Virus record (IMG/VR): IMGVR_UViG_3300021254_000020
Location: 1-64,000 of that record
Strand: one strand, 5' to 3'
Length of the DNA: 64,000 nt
Origin: a virus
Lineage: Duplodnaviria > Caudoviricetes
Both the position numbers and the translations under genes were made by a program. Below the pieces are notes generated by a model. That model did no database searches and had not been told where the DNA came from. It saw only the letters and a list, made by a program, of their open reading frames with translations. Position 1 is the first letter of the stretch, and each line of letters starts with the position of its first letter. Of the stretch, positions 49,379-60,086 are shown in pieces.

Positions 49379-50146
49379 TTAAAAATCCGATCCAGAATAG
49401 CTGCTAGAATCATAACTGGAGGAACTATAATCAGAATAAGAGCTACTACTCCCAGAACTATAAGAGGAGTCATCACTACTATAGCCCCAACTGCTGCTAC
49501 TATTAGAATCGCTACTAGAATCGGAAGAATAGGAGCTGCTAGTGCTATTATAATAGCTGTTACTACTCCAACTATCGTTTGTAGTAGAGTTACTATCGTC
49601 GTTAGTAGACTCTTTATAGGGTTCGGTTTCTTCGGTGGTAGAAGAATTGGTGTATTCATATGACTCATCCTTCTTTTGTGTTTCATTATTATCAATGAAA
49701 CTATTCATCAGATACAGATACCAATAGTAGTCTAATATACTATCTGTAGACTGATTATTCATTTGAGTAGGAGTGAAGTTAGAGTGTTGAGTGATATACC
49801 GAACTGCTTTAGATCTAGATATGTGTTCAGATCCCTTTAATCTAGATACTTCTTCTTTAATCGAATTAGTTTTATCGATACTAGTATTTGTCCCATTGCG
49901 TTTCTTTTCTTGTTTAAGCTCTATTTCTAAACATTTTATTTTTTTCTCTAGCTGAGTTATCTTGGTTGATAATGCATTGTTTAGATTACGTTGAGTATTA
50001 AGCTGTTTATATGCATCATCGTACCTGTCTAATAACGAATGATATCTATTTTTCCAATCTTTTGATTTAACCATCCCTAAATAAGATATCATAGCAACTA
50101 AAATAACAGCAACTATCATTACAGTAGCAAACAATTCAGCACTCAT
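49379..50146 (-). CDS. Membrane-anchored coiled-coil protein with a Ser/Asp/Tyr-rich tail
   Basis: TM segment, coiled coil, low-complexity SSSY/SSSD C-terminus. Confidence 0.72.
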   Translation of the reverse strand: MSAELFATVMIVAVILVAMISYLGMVKSKDWKNRYHSLLDRYDDAYKQLNTQRNLNNALSTKITQLEKKIKCLEIELKQEKKRNGTNTSIDKTNSIKEEVSRLKGSEHISRSKAVRYITQHSNFTPTQMNNQSTDSILDYYWYLYLMNSFIDNNETQKKDESYEYTNSSTTEETEPYKESTNDDSNSTTNDSWSSNSYYNSTSSSYSSDSSSDSNSSSSWGYSSDDSSYSSGSSSSYSDYSSSSYDSSSYSGSDF

Positions 50147-50173
50147 TTAAACCATCCTCTCTTATGCTCCAAC

Positions 50174-50413
50174 TTACTTATTTTCTGCTATGCTATAATA
50201 CATGTCTTGGTATTTTTCTTTGAGATGACGTTCCTTGTTATATAGATCATTAGTGATCTTATTTGATTCTTTTAGGTGATCTAGCTGTTCCTGTAGATGA
50301 TACACCTCATGAATAGAAGCTTTGTACTTATGAGCCCTACCTAAGCAGAATCCAATAAAAAACGATAATAAGACAGTGGATACAGTTGGGATATATTCCA
50401 TGACTATCTTCAC
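50174..50413 (-). CDS. Small membrane-anchored coiled-coil protein
   Basis: N-terminal hydrophobic helix. Confidence 0.55.
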   Translation of the reverse strand: MKIVMEYIPTVSTVLLSFFIGFCLGRAHKYKASIHEVYHLQEQLDHLKESNKITNDLYNKERHLKEKYQDMYYSIAENK

Positions 50414-50429
50414 CTCATTCTTTTAGTAC

Positions 50430-50675
50430 CTAATCGGAAATCGTTTGTCTCCGAACCTGAGACAGGAGTTCATCGTATTCTTTATCTCTATCTTCTCTGC
50501 TATCATATAACAGATTGATTTCCTTTCCTCCTTGTCTCTCTATCTTTATTCCATAAATACCTTCAAAGTTATCAGGATATCCTGGATCATTTGGATCTCC
50601 CATTTCCAGATATTTGTGGAATTCTACTGCATCTATTACTACACCTTCTTTGGCTATTGAATAATTTAAAACCAT
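50430..50675 (-). CDS. Hypothetical protein
   Basis: 81 aa; AGGAGG RBS. Confidence 0.65.
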   Translation of the reverse strand: MVLNYSIAKEGVVIDAVEFHKYLEMGDPNDPGYPDNFEGIYGIKIERQGGKEINLLYDSREDRDKEYDELLSQVRRQTISD

Positions 50676-50940
50676 TGTTCTTCCTCCTAACTTCTTATAT
50701 ATTCTATTTCTTTAGTATAGGTGGTAGTAATGATACTATTGGGTTAAACCCACTTTCAAATACTTCCTCTCCTAGTTTAGTGAGTTCTCTAGTTTTTCTC
50801 CTTTTCTCTTCCCTTTCTAACTTATGTATCAATCTATGTCTGTTGTTCATATTAATTATTCCTCACTATATATGATAAATAAAAAATATATGAGAGAGTA
50901 TCGTTATGATACTCTCTCATCCCATAGCTATTCTGTTCTG

Positions 50941-51102
50941 TTAATCGTCCTGCTTAATACGAGCACGGAGCTTTTCACGAATCACAGACAGATCATCCTT
51001 CTCCCAATCAATCAGGTTATAGCCTTTCGTAGCATCCCAATCGAAAGAATCTGCGTATTCTTTCAGCTCCTCATAAGTCATTTCGTCCAAATGTTCCAAC
51101 AT
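50941..51102 (-). CDS. Small acidic protein (53 aa)
   Basis: MLEHLDEMTYEELKEYADSFDWD...; AAGGAGG RBS. Confidence 0.6.
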   Translation of the reverse strand: MLEHLDEMTYEELKEYADSFDWDATKGYNLIDWEKDDLSVIREKLRARIKQDD

Positions 51103-51278
51103 GGCGACTTCCTCCTTTATTATATCATTACTTACGTTTAGAAATTAGTCTAAACGCTTTTATCATATTAATAATCCTAGGATATTTAGATTTTCTCTTA
51201 AACCTGTATTGGGGTTTCCCGAATGTTCTAATCATGTCCTCAAAAGAAGATATACGTACTATCTCCATTCTATCACCC

Positions 51279-53039
51279 TTATATTAATATAACAAACCGG
51301 CATACCTCTTCAGCCACGATATCGGGAATAACGTTGATAGGAATACCATTCCATTGTCTATTGTAGTAATCAATGGTCTGGAATTCACTGCTCAGTATCT
51401 GAGCTATCAGACCGAGAATGATTTCTTTCTCAATCTTTTCGTTATTGTATTTTTCGTGGATCATCGGGTACCATTCAGAAGATTCAATCTTCAGCAACTC
51501 TTTCTTATTGATACTCTTTCTAGTTACTACTCGATTAACTCTTCCACCAATCATATACGGTAACAGCATCATTTTATAAGACTCTAACAGCCTCTTAGCT
51601 GCTATCACTAATATGATATAGTTACGAATGTCTACGATCTTAGTAGATTGCGGATCGTTGAATTCCTTGGCAAAGAGATAGGTTACTAATGTCTTCTGCA
51701 AGCTGTTTACAATAAACTTGCCGTCTCTGCTCATTTCTTTTTTATAGAATTCGATCTCGCTTTCGTCGAATGGGCCATATTTGAGTTCAATCCTCTTCAT
51801 AGTAGTCTTACAGTTAGTGATGGTTTGCATCATAATCGCTTCATTGATTTTTGCAGCATGAGCTTCGAATTTATCACACTCACTGTTATTATCTTCATCA
51901 CGATTACTACTACTAAGAACTACAAATCCAAATTCATAAGGAACTTCAGTTACACGGAATTTAATGTCTCTATTTATTGCATTGTAGTTGAAGTGGATTA
52001 TGTTCTTGTTATAGGTATACTTAGGAATGATTTGCATGATAATGTTCTCTACCGTTTCAACTGAGTGAGTAGTAGAGTTCCTTCCACGGATTATCTGCAT
52101 ATCCCACAATACACCATTATTATTCATATTCTTATTAACGTTGCTGGTAGTAGTCTCATAGATCTTACTCCCCAAGTCTACGTTATAGATCTTATTACAG
52201 ATCTGGAATAGCAGGTCAAAGGCTTTTAGCAGTACATTCTTAATCTCTGCTTGAGGAATCTTCTTCTTAGTAATGAAGTGAGTTAGCAGAGGAATCATCA
52301 TATTCTGCATTACTGATATCTTCAGCATAATCTTAGCATGGAAGTCATTGTATTCCAATACCGGACTCTTATTATTCTTATAATTAAGTTCCAGATTATA
52401 CTGTTCTATATTCATCTTATCTAAACAGCAATTTAGATACTGACTAGTATAAGATGCATTCGGATTGATGAAGTTCTTCCAAAGGTCATGCAAGAACATA
52501 TCCAAGTTATATCTTGGTTCACAATCAATAAAGTATTTGAGCTGGGCATATAGCCCTAATAACTGCTTCTGAGTATCATAGTACTTCTCGAAGTAGTTCA
52601 TGTAGTTTGTGCAATGGTCTCTAAAACCTAAACTTACTTCCCCATCTTTAATCTTCGTATCGCTATTATAGCATCTCTTAGAAGTGACGTAGAAGTAGTC
52701 AATCATGTTGTTGGCTGCATCCTCATCACTCATATTATAGAACTTGTGAACTGGAGCTATTACGGCACCTCTTATATGAGAGAATATCCTATCTCCCGGC
52801 TCAGTAGGTTGCCACTGATCTATAGGAGGTTGAATAGTAGCAGGAATCCCCACCTGCTGTAGGCATTGTCCCTGGTTGTGGGTCGCAATCTGTTTACCGT
52901 TTTGATATATACCAGTACTTACTCTATATACTATAGGTATCAATTCGTTCTCTGGGTATAAAGAACGATTAAATACCATTCTAGGGCTATAGAAGCACTG
53001 ATCGTTATAAGTCATTCTGTTCTCAGTTCCATTTGGCAT
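51279..53039 (-). CDS. Candidate promoter-specificity (sigma-like) subunit of the non-virion RNAP
   Basis: 586-aa helical protein two major genes downstream of the chaperonin, echoing AR9 gp228/gp226; call rests on synteny and size. Confidence 0.5.
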   Translation of the reverse strand: MPNGTENRMTYNDQCFYSPRMVFNRSLYPENELIPIVYRVSTGIYQNGKQIATHNQGQCLQQVGIPATIQPPIDQWQPTEPGDRIFSHIRGAVIAPVHKFYNMSDEDAANNMIDYFYVTSKRCYNSDTKIKDGEVSLGFRDHCTNYMNYFEKYYDTQKQLLGLYAQLKYFIDCEPRYNLDMFLHDLWKNFINPNASYTSQYLNCCLDKMNIEQYNLELNYKNNKSPVLEYNDFHAKIMLKISVMQNMMIPLLTHFITKKKIPQAEIKNVLLKAFDLLFQICNKIYNVDLGSKIYETTTSNVNKNMNNNGVLWDMQIIRGRNSTTHSVETVENIIMQIIPKYTYNKNIIHFNYNAINRDIKFRVTEVPYEFGFVVLSSSNRDEDNNSECDKFEAHAAKINEAIMMQTITNCKTTMKRIELKYGPFDESEIEFYKKEMSRDGKFIVNSLQKTLVTYLFAKEFNDPQSTKIVDIRNYIILVIAAKRLLESYKMMLLPYMIGGRVNRVVTRKSINKKELLKIESSEWYPMIHEKYNNEKIEKEIILGLIAQILSSEFQTIDYYNRQWNGIPINVIPDIVAEEVCRFVILI

Positions 53040-53090
53040 TTATATTCCCTCTCTCTTTTGGCGTCTGCTCGCCAAGAAAATCCTTTGTGT

Positions 53091-53384
53091 TTATTCACTT
53101 ACTTCTATCTCTTGAACATAGAAGCCCCCTAAAGGAGGAAACACTGCTGGAGATCCATATACAGGACCCTTGCTATCCTGCATATATGATTTCACATATT
53201 GTCGTTTCTCTTCTGCCCCCTTATACTTCTCGTTCAATTCAGCTACTACCCTTTCTGCCGTATCCTTGTTGGCATAGATCTTAATAATAGCTTGACTAGT
53301 AAGCCTTTTATATTTCATCTCCTCGAATACATAAGTCATAGTAGAAGATGAATAGAACAATAATGCTACCCCGTAAACTTTCAT
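53091..53384 (-). CDS. Hypothetical protein
   Basis: 97 aa; GAGGTGA RBS. Confidence 0.6.
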   Translation of the reverse strand: MKVYGVALLFYSSSTMTYVFEEMKYKRLTSQAIIKIYANKDTAERVVAELNEKYKGAEEKRQYVKSYMQDSKGPVYGSPAVFPPLGGFYVQEIEVSE

Positions 53385-53448
53385 TTATAAATCACCTCTA
53401 ATATACTATGATGCATCACAGTTCTTCACTGCGATTTAATCTCATTAT

Positions 53449-54252
53449 TTACCTCTTCTTTCCAATGATTTTGGTAGTTTTAATAGTAGAGGCTAGTGAA
53501 CGAGTTCTATTGATTTTTTTCACTTCATTAGTTCTTTTAATATAACTGGTTTGGTGATCAACGTAATGAGCTGCCTTATTCAGACCAGATAAGTTGTTCT
53601 CCTGTTTGGATACTCGTACATTACCTTTCTGATTCTTCAGCTTTTTAAAATTCTGAGCGTATAAATACTTCTTATCAGAATCCATTACGTATTGATTAAC
53701 CCATTGCTTCATTTGGCTAATTGGGTGTGCTTCTAACCAATTCAGTTTATTAAACAATCCCTTATTTCTCATAAAAATATATGCGAAATAAATACTCTTA
53801 ACATAACCTGCCAGTATATTTGGGTTGGTTTTAGTTGGAGGTTCTTTAAGAGCTTTAGGACTAATCTTATTCTTCAATTCAGGAATAATCATGCCTTTCT
53901 TATTGAAGGCATGTGCAAAAGTGAATGTGAAATTTGGATCATTAGAGAAGAATCTAACCTTATAGTTATCCAGCTTCGCAATGCTGTAATCTAGATTGTC
54001 TTCTCCAGTGAATTCAATCATCACGTCATAATATAATTTTGGTGTAGTCTCACTTGGCATCTGTATGTATATTACGTATCTTTTTGGCTCAGATTTCCAC
54101 ATTAAGTAGTTAATCTGTCCACCACACATCAGAATCATTTTATTGTATTTATCATTATAAACCGACTGAGCTACTTCCTTTTCGCCAACCATATGACTTC
54201 TAGACCCAGACGGATTATCGATATACTGTTTGAAAGTATACTTCTCGGCCAT
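53449..54252 (-). CDS. Hypothetical phage protein
   Basis: 267-aa basic protein; GAGGAGGT RBS. Confidence 0.75.
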   Translation of the reverse strand: MAEKYTFKQYIDNPSGSRSHMVGEKEVAQSVYNDKYNKMILMCGGQINYLMWKSEPKRYVIYIQMPSETTPKLYYDVMIEFTGEDNLDYSIAKLDNYKVRFFSNDPNFTFTFAHAFNKKGMIIPELKNKISPKALKEPPTKTNPNILAGYVKSIYFAYIFMRNKGLFNKLNWLEAHPISQMKQWVNQYVMDSDKKYLYAQNFKKLKNQKGNVRVSKQENNLSGLNKAAHYVDHQTSYIKRTNEVKKINRTRSLASTIKTTKIIGKKR

Positions 54253-54355
54253 TGTTGTGACCTCCTCTTATAAAAGAGAGTAAACCCCCTAGGGTGACTA
54301 GTCCTAGGGGGTAGAAAATGTTGGACAACTCTATATAAATATGTTAGGTAGGTTT

Positions 54356-54961
54356 TTAAGATTGATTAATGTAGAACTCTCTTACAAACTGTTCTTGGTT
54401 TTCTCTAAACCATTCATCAGCTTCTAAATGAGAGAGATCTATTTTATAGAGTGGTTTGTGATAGCATCTTAATGCCTTCCTATACTTCTGAGGAAATACA
54501 TCCCAATTGTAGCCATGAATAGCCACATTAGAGATCTGTTTAATTAAGTAGAGTCTAGCGTTCATCATTAACTGCCTTTCTAAGACCAGGGAACACGAAC
54601 CGTTTTATAGTAACGATTTCTTCAATCTTGTGCTTAATCGATTGAATAAAGGTAATCAGTCTAGGATCGCATTTCAATGCCTTTCTTTTCTTTACTGAGA
54701 AGGAATCTAATATCTTCCTTCTATCAGAGATACGGCGTTTTCTTCTGTGTATCATGATTAGCTACCTCTACCAGATCTCTTGTTAGCCTGATGAGTAGCA
54801 GACTTGTCGATACTCTTTAGACTAGCGTTTCTAACTGATTTGTTTACTGCCTCTTTAACCAGTCCATTCATCATCATAGTATCAACATCAGAACCATGCT
54901 GTTTCCGATTTAGATTGTCAAACACGGCTTTCATATTGTACTTCTTTTTTATTCCGCCCAT
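54356..54961 (-). CDS. Three small coupled ORFs (54356-54568, 54555-54755, 54758-54961)
   Basis: Overlapping or adjacent starts and stops downstream of the chaperonin; basic peptides. Confidence 0.5.
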
Positions 54962-56877
54962 AATTCTCTTACCTCCTCTATAGAGATGAGATCTAATTTA
55001 GGAATCTCTTCCTCTTCATCTACCACTTCTTCTGTAGTGCCATCGGGACGGATTACAGTCTTGGCCTCCATATCCTTATAGATATTAAACTGAGGAGTAG
55101 GAAGCAGGAACTGATTGGTATTGAAGAGTACTGTGATGATACGGGAGATGCTATCAAGAATAGCAGGCTCACTCTTAATAGAGGTTAATACTGTACCATC
55201 ATATTTTTCAGTGATGATATTGAGAGGGCCACAGTCCTCTTTCAGCATTTTATGAATAGCCTCTTTGGTTAACTCCTCATCCTCAAAGTAGGGTTCATAC
55301 AGACGTTTGGTGATAGTCATATAAGCTGTAGCAACAAGGTTGTAGGTCAAGTTCAATACCTTGCAGTATTCAGCATCTTCATCAATTAATCTTCCCTTCT
55401 CGCATGAGTTGTAGAACGCATCCATGCTGGCACGTAAGCCTTCATAACTAGCACCATATCCAACACCGTCTTGAGCAGCAGATCTGCAGTTTAATACAGC
55501 GTCTTCTACAGCATCAGTCAAGCTACGTTTGTCACTGGTACCAATACCACCAACGTAGAGGTCAACCATATTGCCCTTAATGATATGGATACGTCTCTTC
55601 AGATTACCAATCTCTACTACTTCTTGATTAGTTTCCTGCAGCTTCTCCAACTGATCTTCCAAGTTGGATACATAGTTCTTGAAGTAATCAGTATACTCAT
55701 AGTTTTCATCACGCATTTTAGACGGATTGAGAATCTTGGTCTGGAGTTTATCTACAATGATCTTCTCTGCAGAACCTGCAAAGGTACGGATATTCATTTC
55801 ATTAGGAGCCAAACCCAATGCCTGATCTTTCTTGAAAGATTCAGGATCAATGTACTTCTTGATGAATTTACCACCACTCAGCTTACAGATATCAATCAGC
55901 TTATTAGGATCAGCAGCACCAGTCTGTACGATACAGAGACCATACCTCTGTTCTGGTTTTACGTTGTTATAACTAGCAATGATCTGATCCAGATAAGAGT
56001 TTGCATCACGGCTAAAGTGAGGAGCGAAGATGATAGTTGGGTAAGGCATAGTAACCTCACCTTTAGCAATCTTATCCTTGAGAGTACCATTCCGCTGAGC
56101 AGTTTGGAGTTTGATATTGGGCTCTTCAATCTCAGTATGAATAATGAGATGGAATATATCAATCATAGTAGGAGTATCTACAGGGCAATCAAATACGTAG
56201 ATATGAGGTTGCTCAAGAGTACAAGTATGATCAGAACGGTTGATGAAGCATGGATCCAGATAACCATTATCATAGATCATGCCATCGAATCCTTTGATTA
56301 CAGTCTCTTTAGCAGAGTTACCCTGTACATCAATGAATACACCCATACCATACTGCTTATAGATATCATAGATGACTTTGGCCATCTCTTCATTACCATC
56401 AAGAGAAGTGAGAGCAATGTCATAGATATCATCCAGAGTAGTCTTTCTGCCATTCTTTTCTACGGCTTCAGAGATTTCAGCAACTACATTCTTAAAGGCT
56501 TTGATAATCTTACGTTTCTTATAACCCATCTTTTGAAGAGTAACCAATCCTTCAAAGATGATATAAGAGAGCATAACTGCACTACTAGTACCGTCTCCCA
56601 CCACTTTGAGAACCTGAGTGCAGATATCACGAATCTCTTCTTTGAGAATTGATTCGATAGGCATATCGCATTCAATATTCTTGTGGATAGTAAATCCATC
56701 CTTAGAATAGTTGCTTACTGCCATCGTTTTCCCATCACTACTCATTTTAGAATAAGCAGTATAGCCTCCAAGAGGGCCATACGTCATACCCACAGTATCT
56801 GAGAACAATTTCAGTGCTCTCAGCTGTGCTTCTCTTAATGGCTTTTCGGGGACTACGTTGTCGACGAGCTTCTTCAT
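54949..56877 (-). CDS. groEL: Phage GroEL-like chaperonin
   Basis: TYGPLG, SKDGFTI, GDGTSS, FDGMIYDNGYL, VEDAV. Confidence 0.9.
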   Translation of the reverse strand: MKKLVDNVVPEKPLREAQLRALKLFSDTVGMTYGPLGGYTAYSKMSSDGKTMAVSNYSKDGFTIHKNIECDMPIESILKEEIRDICTQVLKVVGDGTSSAVMLSYIIFEGLVTLQKMGYKKRKIIKAFKNVVAEISEAVEKNGRKTTLDDIYDIALTSLDGNEEMAKVIYDIYKQYGMGVFIDVQGNSAKETVIKGFDGMIYDNGYLDPCFINRSDHTCTLEQPHIYVFDCPVDTPTMIDIFHLIIHTEIEEPNIKLQTAQRNGTLKDKIAKGEVTMPYPTIIFAPHFSRDANSYLDQIIASYNNVKPEQRYGLCIVQTGAADPNKLIDICKLSGGKFIKKYIDPESFKKDQALGLAPNEMNIRTFAGSAEKIIVDKLQTKILNPSKMRDENYEYTDYFKNYVSNLEDQLEKLQETNQEVVEIGNLKRRIHIIKGNMVDLYVGGIGTSDKRSLTDAVEDAVLNCRSAAQDGVGYGASYEGLRASMDAFYNSCEKGRLIDEDAEYCKVLNLTYNLVATAYMTITKRLYEPYFEDEELTKEAIHKMLKEDCGPLNIITEKYDGTVLTSIKSEPAILDSISRIITVLFNTNQFLLPTPQFNIYKDMEAKTVIRPDGTTEEVVDEEEEIPKLDLISIEEVRELWAE

Positions 56878-56895
56878 ATACTAATACCTCCTATA

Positions 56896-57540
56896 TTATC
56901 CCACTGGTTGTTGGTCGCTATACGGACTAATAAAGTTGAATATAGCCTTATTCATCCATCGAATAGCCAATGGGTTGATACCTGCTTTGGCATCCATCTT
57001 GAATCCTACATGATTCTTTGCCCAATCATATAAATAAACAACCTTTTTGTCGATATTCCATTTTCTACGTATTATATCTTCAATATCATAGATATATAGA
57101 ACATCGTACTTAGATACATCCTCTACATTGATCTTAGTATTCCAAAGATTAGTAAAATCTTTGCTACGTTTAACTTCTAAATCATTTTCACAGTTTATAG
57201 TAATCCTATACTTACCATCTTTGGCTCCTAGATACATCACGTTAGCAATTTCAGTGGGAGGAGAGTACTCTAGTACCTTATTCCACTTATCTGCCTTAAG
57301 TTCTCCATAGATTGTATCAGCATGACCAGCATATTCATCTTTAAATAAATACGCTATAGGATTTTCCTCACTTCTATTTAGAGCCATATATCTAAAGTAA
57401 TCGAAACTACTTTTACTGAGGAAATCATGATAGTAAGTTTGGTTTTTAGAACACAATCTCAAGTATAGGGCTGATCCTAATGCAGTATCATATATACAGT
57501 TGAAATCAACCAATATATTCTGATTATTATGCACTGCCAT
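56896..57540 (-). CDS. Hypothetical protein, possible degenerate HAD-like fold
   Basis: N-terminal ILVDFNCIYDT. Confidence 0.55.
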   Translation of the reverse strand: MAVHNNQNILVDFNCIYDTALGSALYLRLCSKNQTYYHDFLSKSSFDYFRYMALNRSEENPIAYLFKDEYAGHADTIYGELKADKWNKVLEYSPPTEIANVMYLGAKDGKYRITINCENDLEVKRSKDFTNLWNTKINVEDVSKYDVLYIYDIEDIIRRKWNIDKKVVYLYDWAKNHVGFKMDAKAGINPLAIRWMNKAIFNFISPYSDQQPVG

Positions 57541-57603
57541 ACTCTATCACCTTCTAAAAAAGAGATCCCCGTTAAGGGATCTCTTGTTTTATTAAGGGGC
57601 TGA

Positions 57604-58425
57604 TTAATCAGCTCCCTCTACTAACTTTTTCAAAGCAGATGCATCATATGTTTGCTGAGACGGACCAGTAATAATACTCTGGTTAGTAGAACCAATAGCA
57701 GGACCGCTACCAAATGTAGTATCACCTACACCCATACCAGCATTACCACCAGCAAAGAATCCATTGCTTCTCTGCTGACGATGCAGATTACCGCTCAGGT
57801 CTACAGACATCTTAGCTGCGATCTTATCAAGATACGGATACACCTGACCGATTACACTGAATGCAGTTGCATTGGTCATTGCCAGATAGTATTGTTCCAA
57901 CTGGGTAATGATGCTATCGAGCTCGATGTTCTGGAAATGGCTAGTGTCTTGTTTAAATGCCTTCGGGTTGTTGACATTGAATCCTACAATAGCACTAGTA
58001 CCATCAATATTACATTCATAAGAATAGGAGAGTTCTACGTTACCCTCTTCACTTACACGACGAATGCTGATGACAGGACCACGTCCAGGATACCCAAACG
58101 TATCAGGTTTATCTACGGTGATAATAGCTTGGCTGGTTGCTACACCATAGTTATCATACTGATCAGGATCTTCTTTATAACCTTTAAGAATCTGAGCAAA
58201 CTGATTTGCTTTCTGCGGAGTCAGCCAGATATTGACACCATTCTTATAGCCATAACGAGGAGCTTCATCAGTACCTGATTCAATAGCGGGAATGATACTA
58301 ATACGAATAGTAGTCTTCCACATACTAAAAGTGATGCAAGTCTTATCAATCTTGCTCGTCGGGTTGTACAGTGCGATACCACTCACTGTAGGGGACCATG
58401 GTTCTTGTGCACCATAAAATGCCAT
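57604..58425 (-). CDS. Hypothetical protein, possible ssDNA-binding protein
   Basis: Repeated beta-beta-helix pattern, Gly-rich tail, both early-like (58565-58579) and late-like promoters; function is inference. Confidence 0.5.
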   Translation of the reverse strand: MAFYGAQEPWSPTVSGIALYNPTSKIDKTCITFSMWKTTIRISIIPAIESGTDEAPRYGYKNGVNIWLTPQKANQFAQILKGYKEDPDQYDNYGVATSQAIITVDKPDTFGYPGRGPVISIRRVSEEGNVELSYSYECNIDGTSAIVGFNVNNPKAFKQDTSHFQNIELDSIITQLEQYYLAMTNATAFSVIGQVYPYLDKIAAKMSVDLSGNLHRQQRSNGFFAGGNAGMGVGDTTFGSGPAIGSTNQSIITGPSQQTYDASALKKLVEGAD

Positions 58426-58633
58426 AATGTTTACCTCCTAAACACTAAATAAAATAAAAAATATTCATGTACCTAGGTGTTAATTGATTATTCAAGTCTG
58501 ATGACCAATCAGACTTGCAATACACACTAGAGTACATTTACGGCTATAGTGGTTTCTCCCACTACATTTATATAGTATATAGTTGAGAGTTATATTAGGA
58601 TAAATTGAGGTAGACCGAAGTCTACCTCTTTTA

Positions 58634-59839
58634 TTATTGATCTTTCTGGGCTTTGTATTTATTTAGCAGTGATTTGGATTTGGTATAAGACGTACCGCCC
58701 TTGGAGAGTTCTTTACGTCTCTTATCCATTTCCTTAAAGATACCAGTCCATTGTTTAAATACCTCTTTCTCATCAGGAGAGATATTCTCATCCATGTAGT
58801 CTTTCACATACATCATTGAAGTATTGATGCTATGGAGCAAATCAGGAAGAGCATCAGGCTCTGATTTATCCAGATTCTCTTGTTTCAGCATAAATCCTAC
58901 CAAATCATTCTTTGAGATATCCAAGCAGTCTACTACATTAGTCTGAATAGGATATTTAGCATTACGCATCATATCCAACATATCGTCTTCATTGATAGTA
59001 GTATAGCCATATTCTTCTAATAGCATATCGTCATCAATTCGACTCAAACGTTTAACGAAGTTAGCCAGCTCCTGTTTTTCTATCTTACTGGGGGTAAGCT
59101 CTTGTAACCTCTCAAGAGTCTTGATAGCAGAGATACGATAACCAAGAACGTCTTTATATATACGCATAACCCAAGCTAGTGTGATATATTTATTAGTGAT
59201 TTCCTTCTTGGTATTATAGCCAAGCTTATCAATTTTATCCATAGCAGATTTGATATCCCCTCTATAATCAGTCCAAGTGATGAAGTCAGCAAAGGTATCT
59301 TCGGCTTCCTTATATACACCGAGTTCGAAAATGCTAGTGCATTTTCTCAGACTATCCCTAAAAGCATAGGAGAGGATTTTCTGATAGTGAATAACGTCAC
59401 TCAGTTTCAATACGTCATCATTGTCTATCAGATATTTATCCAAAGCATGTACTACCTCTTCAGCAGGTGCACTATTATTTGTAAGAGCTCCAATATCATG
59501 TACAATTAAAGCAGCAATCTGCTTATAGTTTAACCCCAAATAAGAACCAAACAGTTTACCATCTAATTCTAGTACATATTTATCTACCCTATACCGATTA
59601 TCTTTAGTGATAATCTGTACTACCTTTTCTGGTTCGATCTCAGGCATAGCATATAACCCAAAGAATAACTTATCCTCATTTCTAGTGAAAATAACGTTAT
59701 CACATTCTGTTTCTGGGAATAATTTATTTAATGCTGATTTGAGATCATCCAGATTGCGTTGTACTGCATTACGCATAATAGCAGATATAGCCAGTTCTAC
59801 ATCTTCATATGCATTCCTAGTTTTATTTTCAGAATTCAT
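58634..59839 (-). CDS. Hypothetical protein, possibly a head component
   Basis: 401 aa; GACT-N6-TA promoter; AAGGAGG RBS. Confidence 0.65.
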   Translation of the reverse strand: MNSENKTRNAYEDVELAISAIMRNAVQRNLDDLKSALNKLFPETECDNVIFTRNEDKLFFGLYAMPEIEPEKVVQIITKDNRYRVDKYVLELDGKLFGSYLGLNYKQIAALIVHDIGALTNNSAPAEEVVHALDKYLIDNDDVLKLSDVIHYQKILSYAFRDSLRKCTSIFELGVYKEAEDTFADFITWTDYRGDIKSAMDKIDKLGYNTKKEITNKYITLAWVMRIYKDVLGYRISAIKTLERLQELTPSKIEKQELANFVKRLSRIDDDMLLEEYGYTTINEDDMLDMMRNAKYPIQTNVVDCLDISKNDLVGFMLKQENLDKSEPDALPDLLHSINTSMMYVKDYMDENISPDEKEVFKQWTGIFKEMDKRRKELSKGGTSYTKSKSLLNKYKAQKDQ

Positions 59840-59909
59840 TAGTAGTCCTCCTTTATTTCAACAGCTTCGTAAGAAGTTCTTATTATTAAGTCGAGAGGAT
59901 GTGATTCTA

Positions 59910-60086
59910 ATGGAAAATAAGAACCATTATGTTATTGGCCCTAGGGCTTTGAATGACTACACGGCCAACCTACCAGAAAATGATCCTAGAAAGAAACAGA
60001 AGCCATGGTGGGAGAAAGAGAAGAAGGTGGCTAGTGTTGTAGTAGCATCTCCTATGGAGAGTAAAGTAAGACCTGAGAATTTCTAA
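59910..60086 (+). CDS. 58-aa microprotein with capsid-identical motif IGPRALNDYTAN
   Basis: AACA-N6-TA promoter 59860-59871, GAGAGG RBS, terminator 60102-60128; synonymous-only divergence from the capsid copy. Confidence 0.75.
   Translation: MENKNHYVIGPRALNDYTANLPENDPRKKQKPWWEKEKKVASVVVASPMESKVRPENF

Noticed and set aside
49363-49695. 110-aa very hydrophobic same-strand overlapping ORF
   Set aside because: Explained as the shifted reading of Ser-rich AGT/AGC/TCT codons in 49379-50146; no convincing RBS.
59607-59909. 5' part of the 159-aa ORF-track call
   Set aside because: Antisense to gene 58634-59839; promoter and RBS place the real start at 59910.
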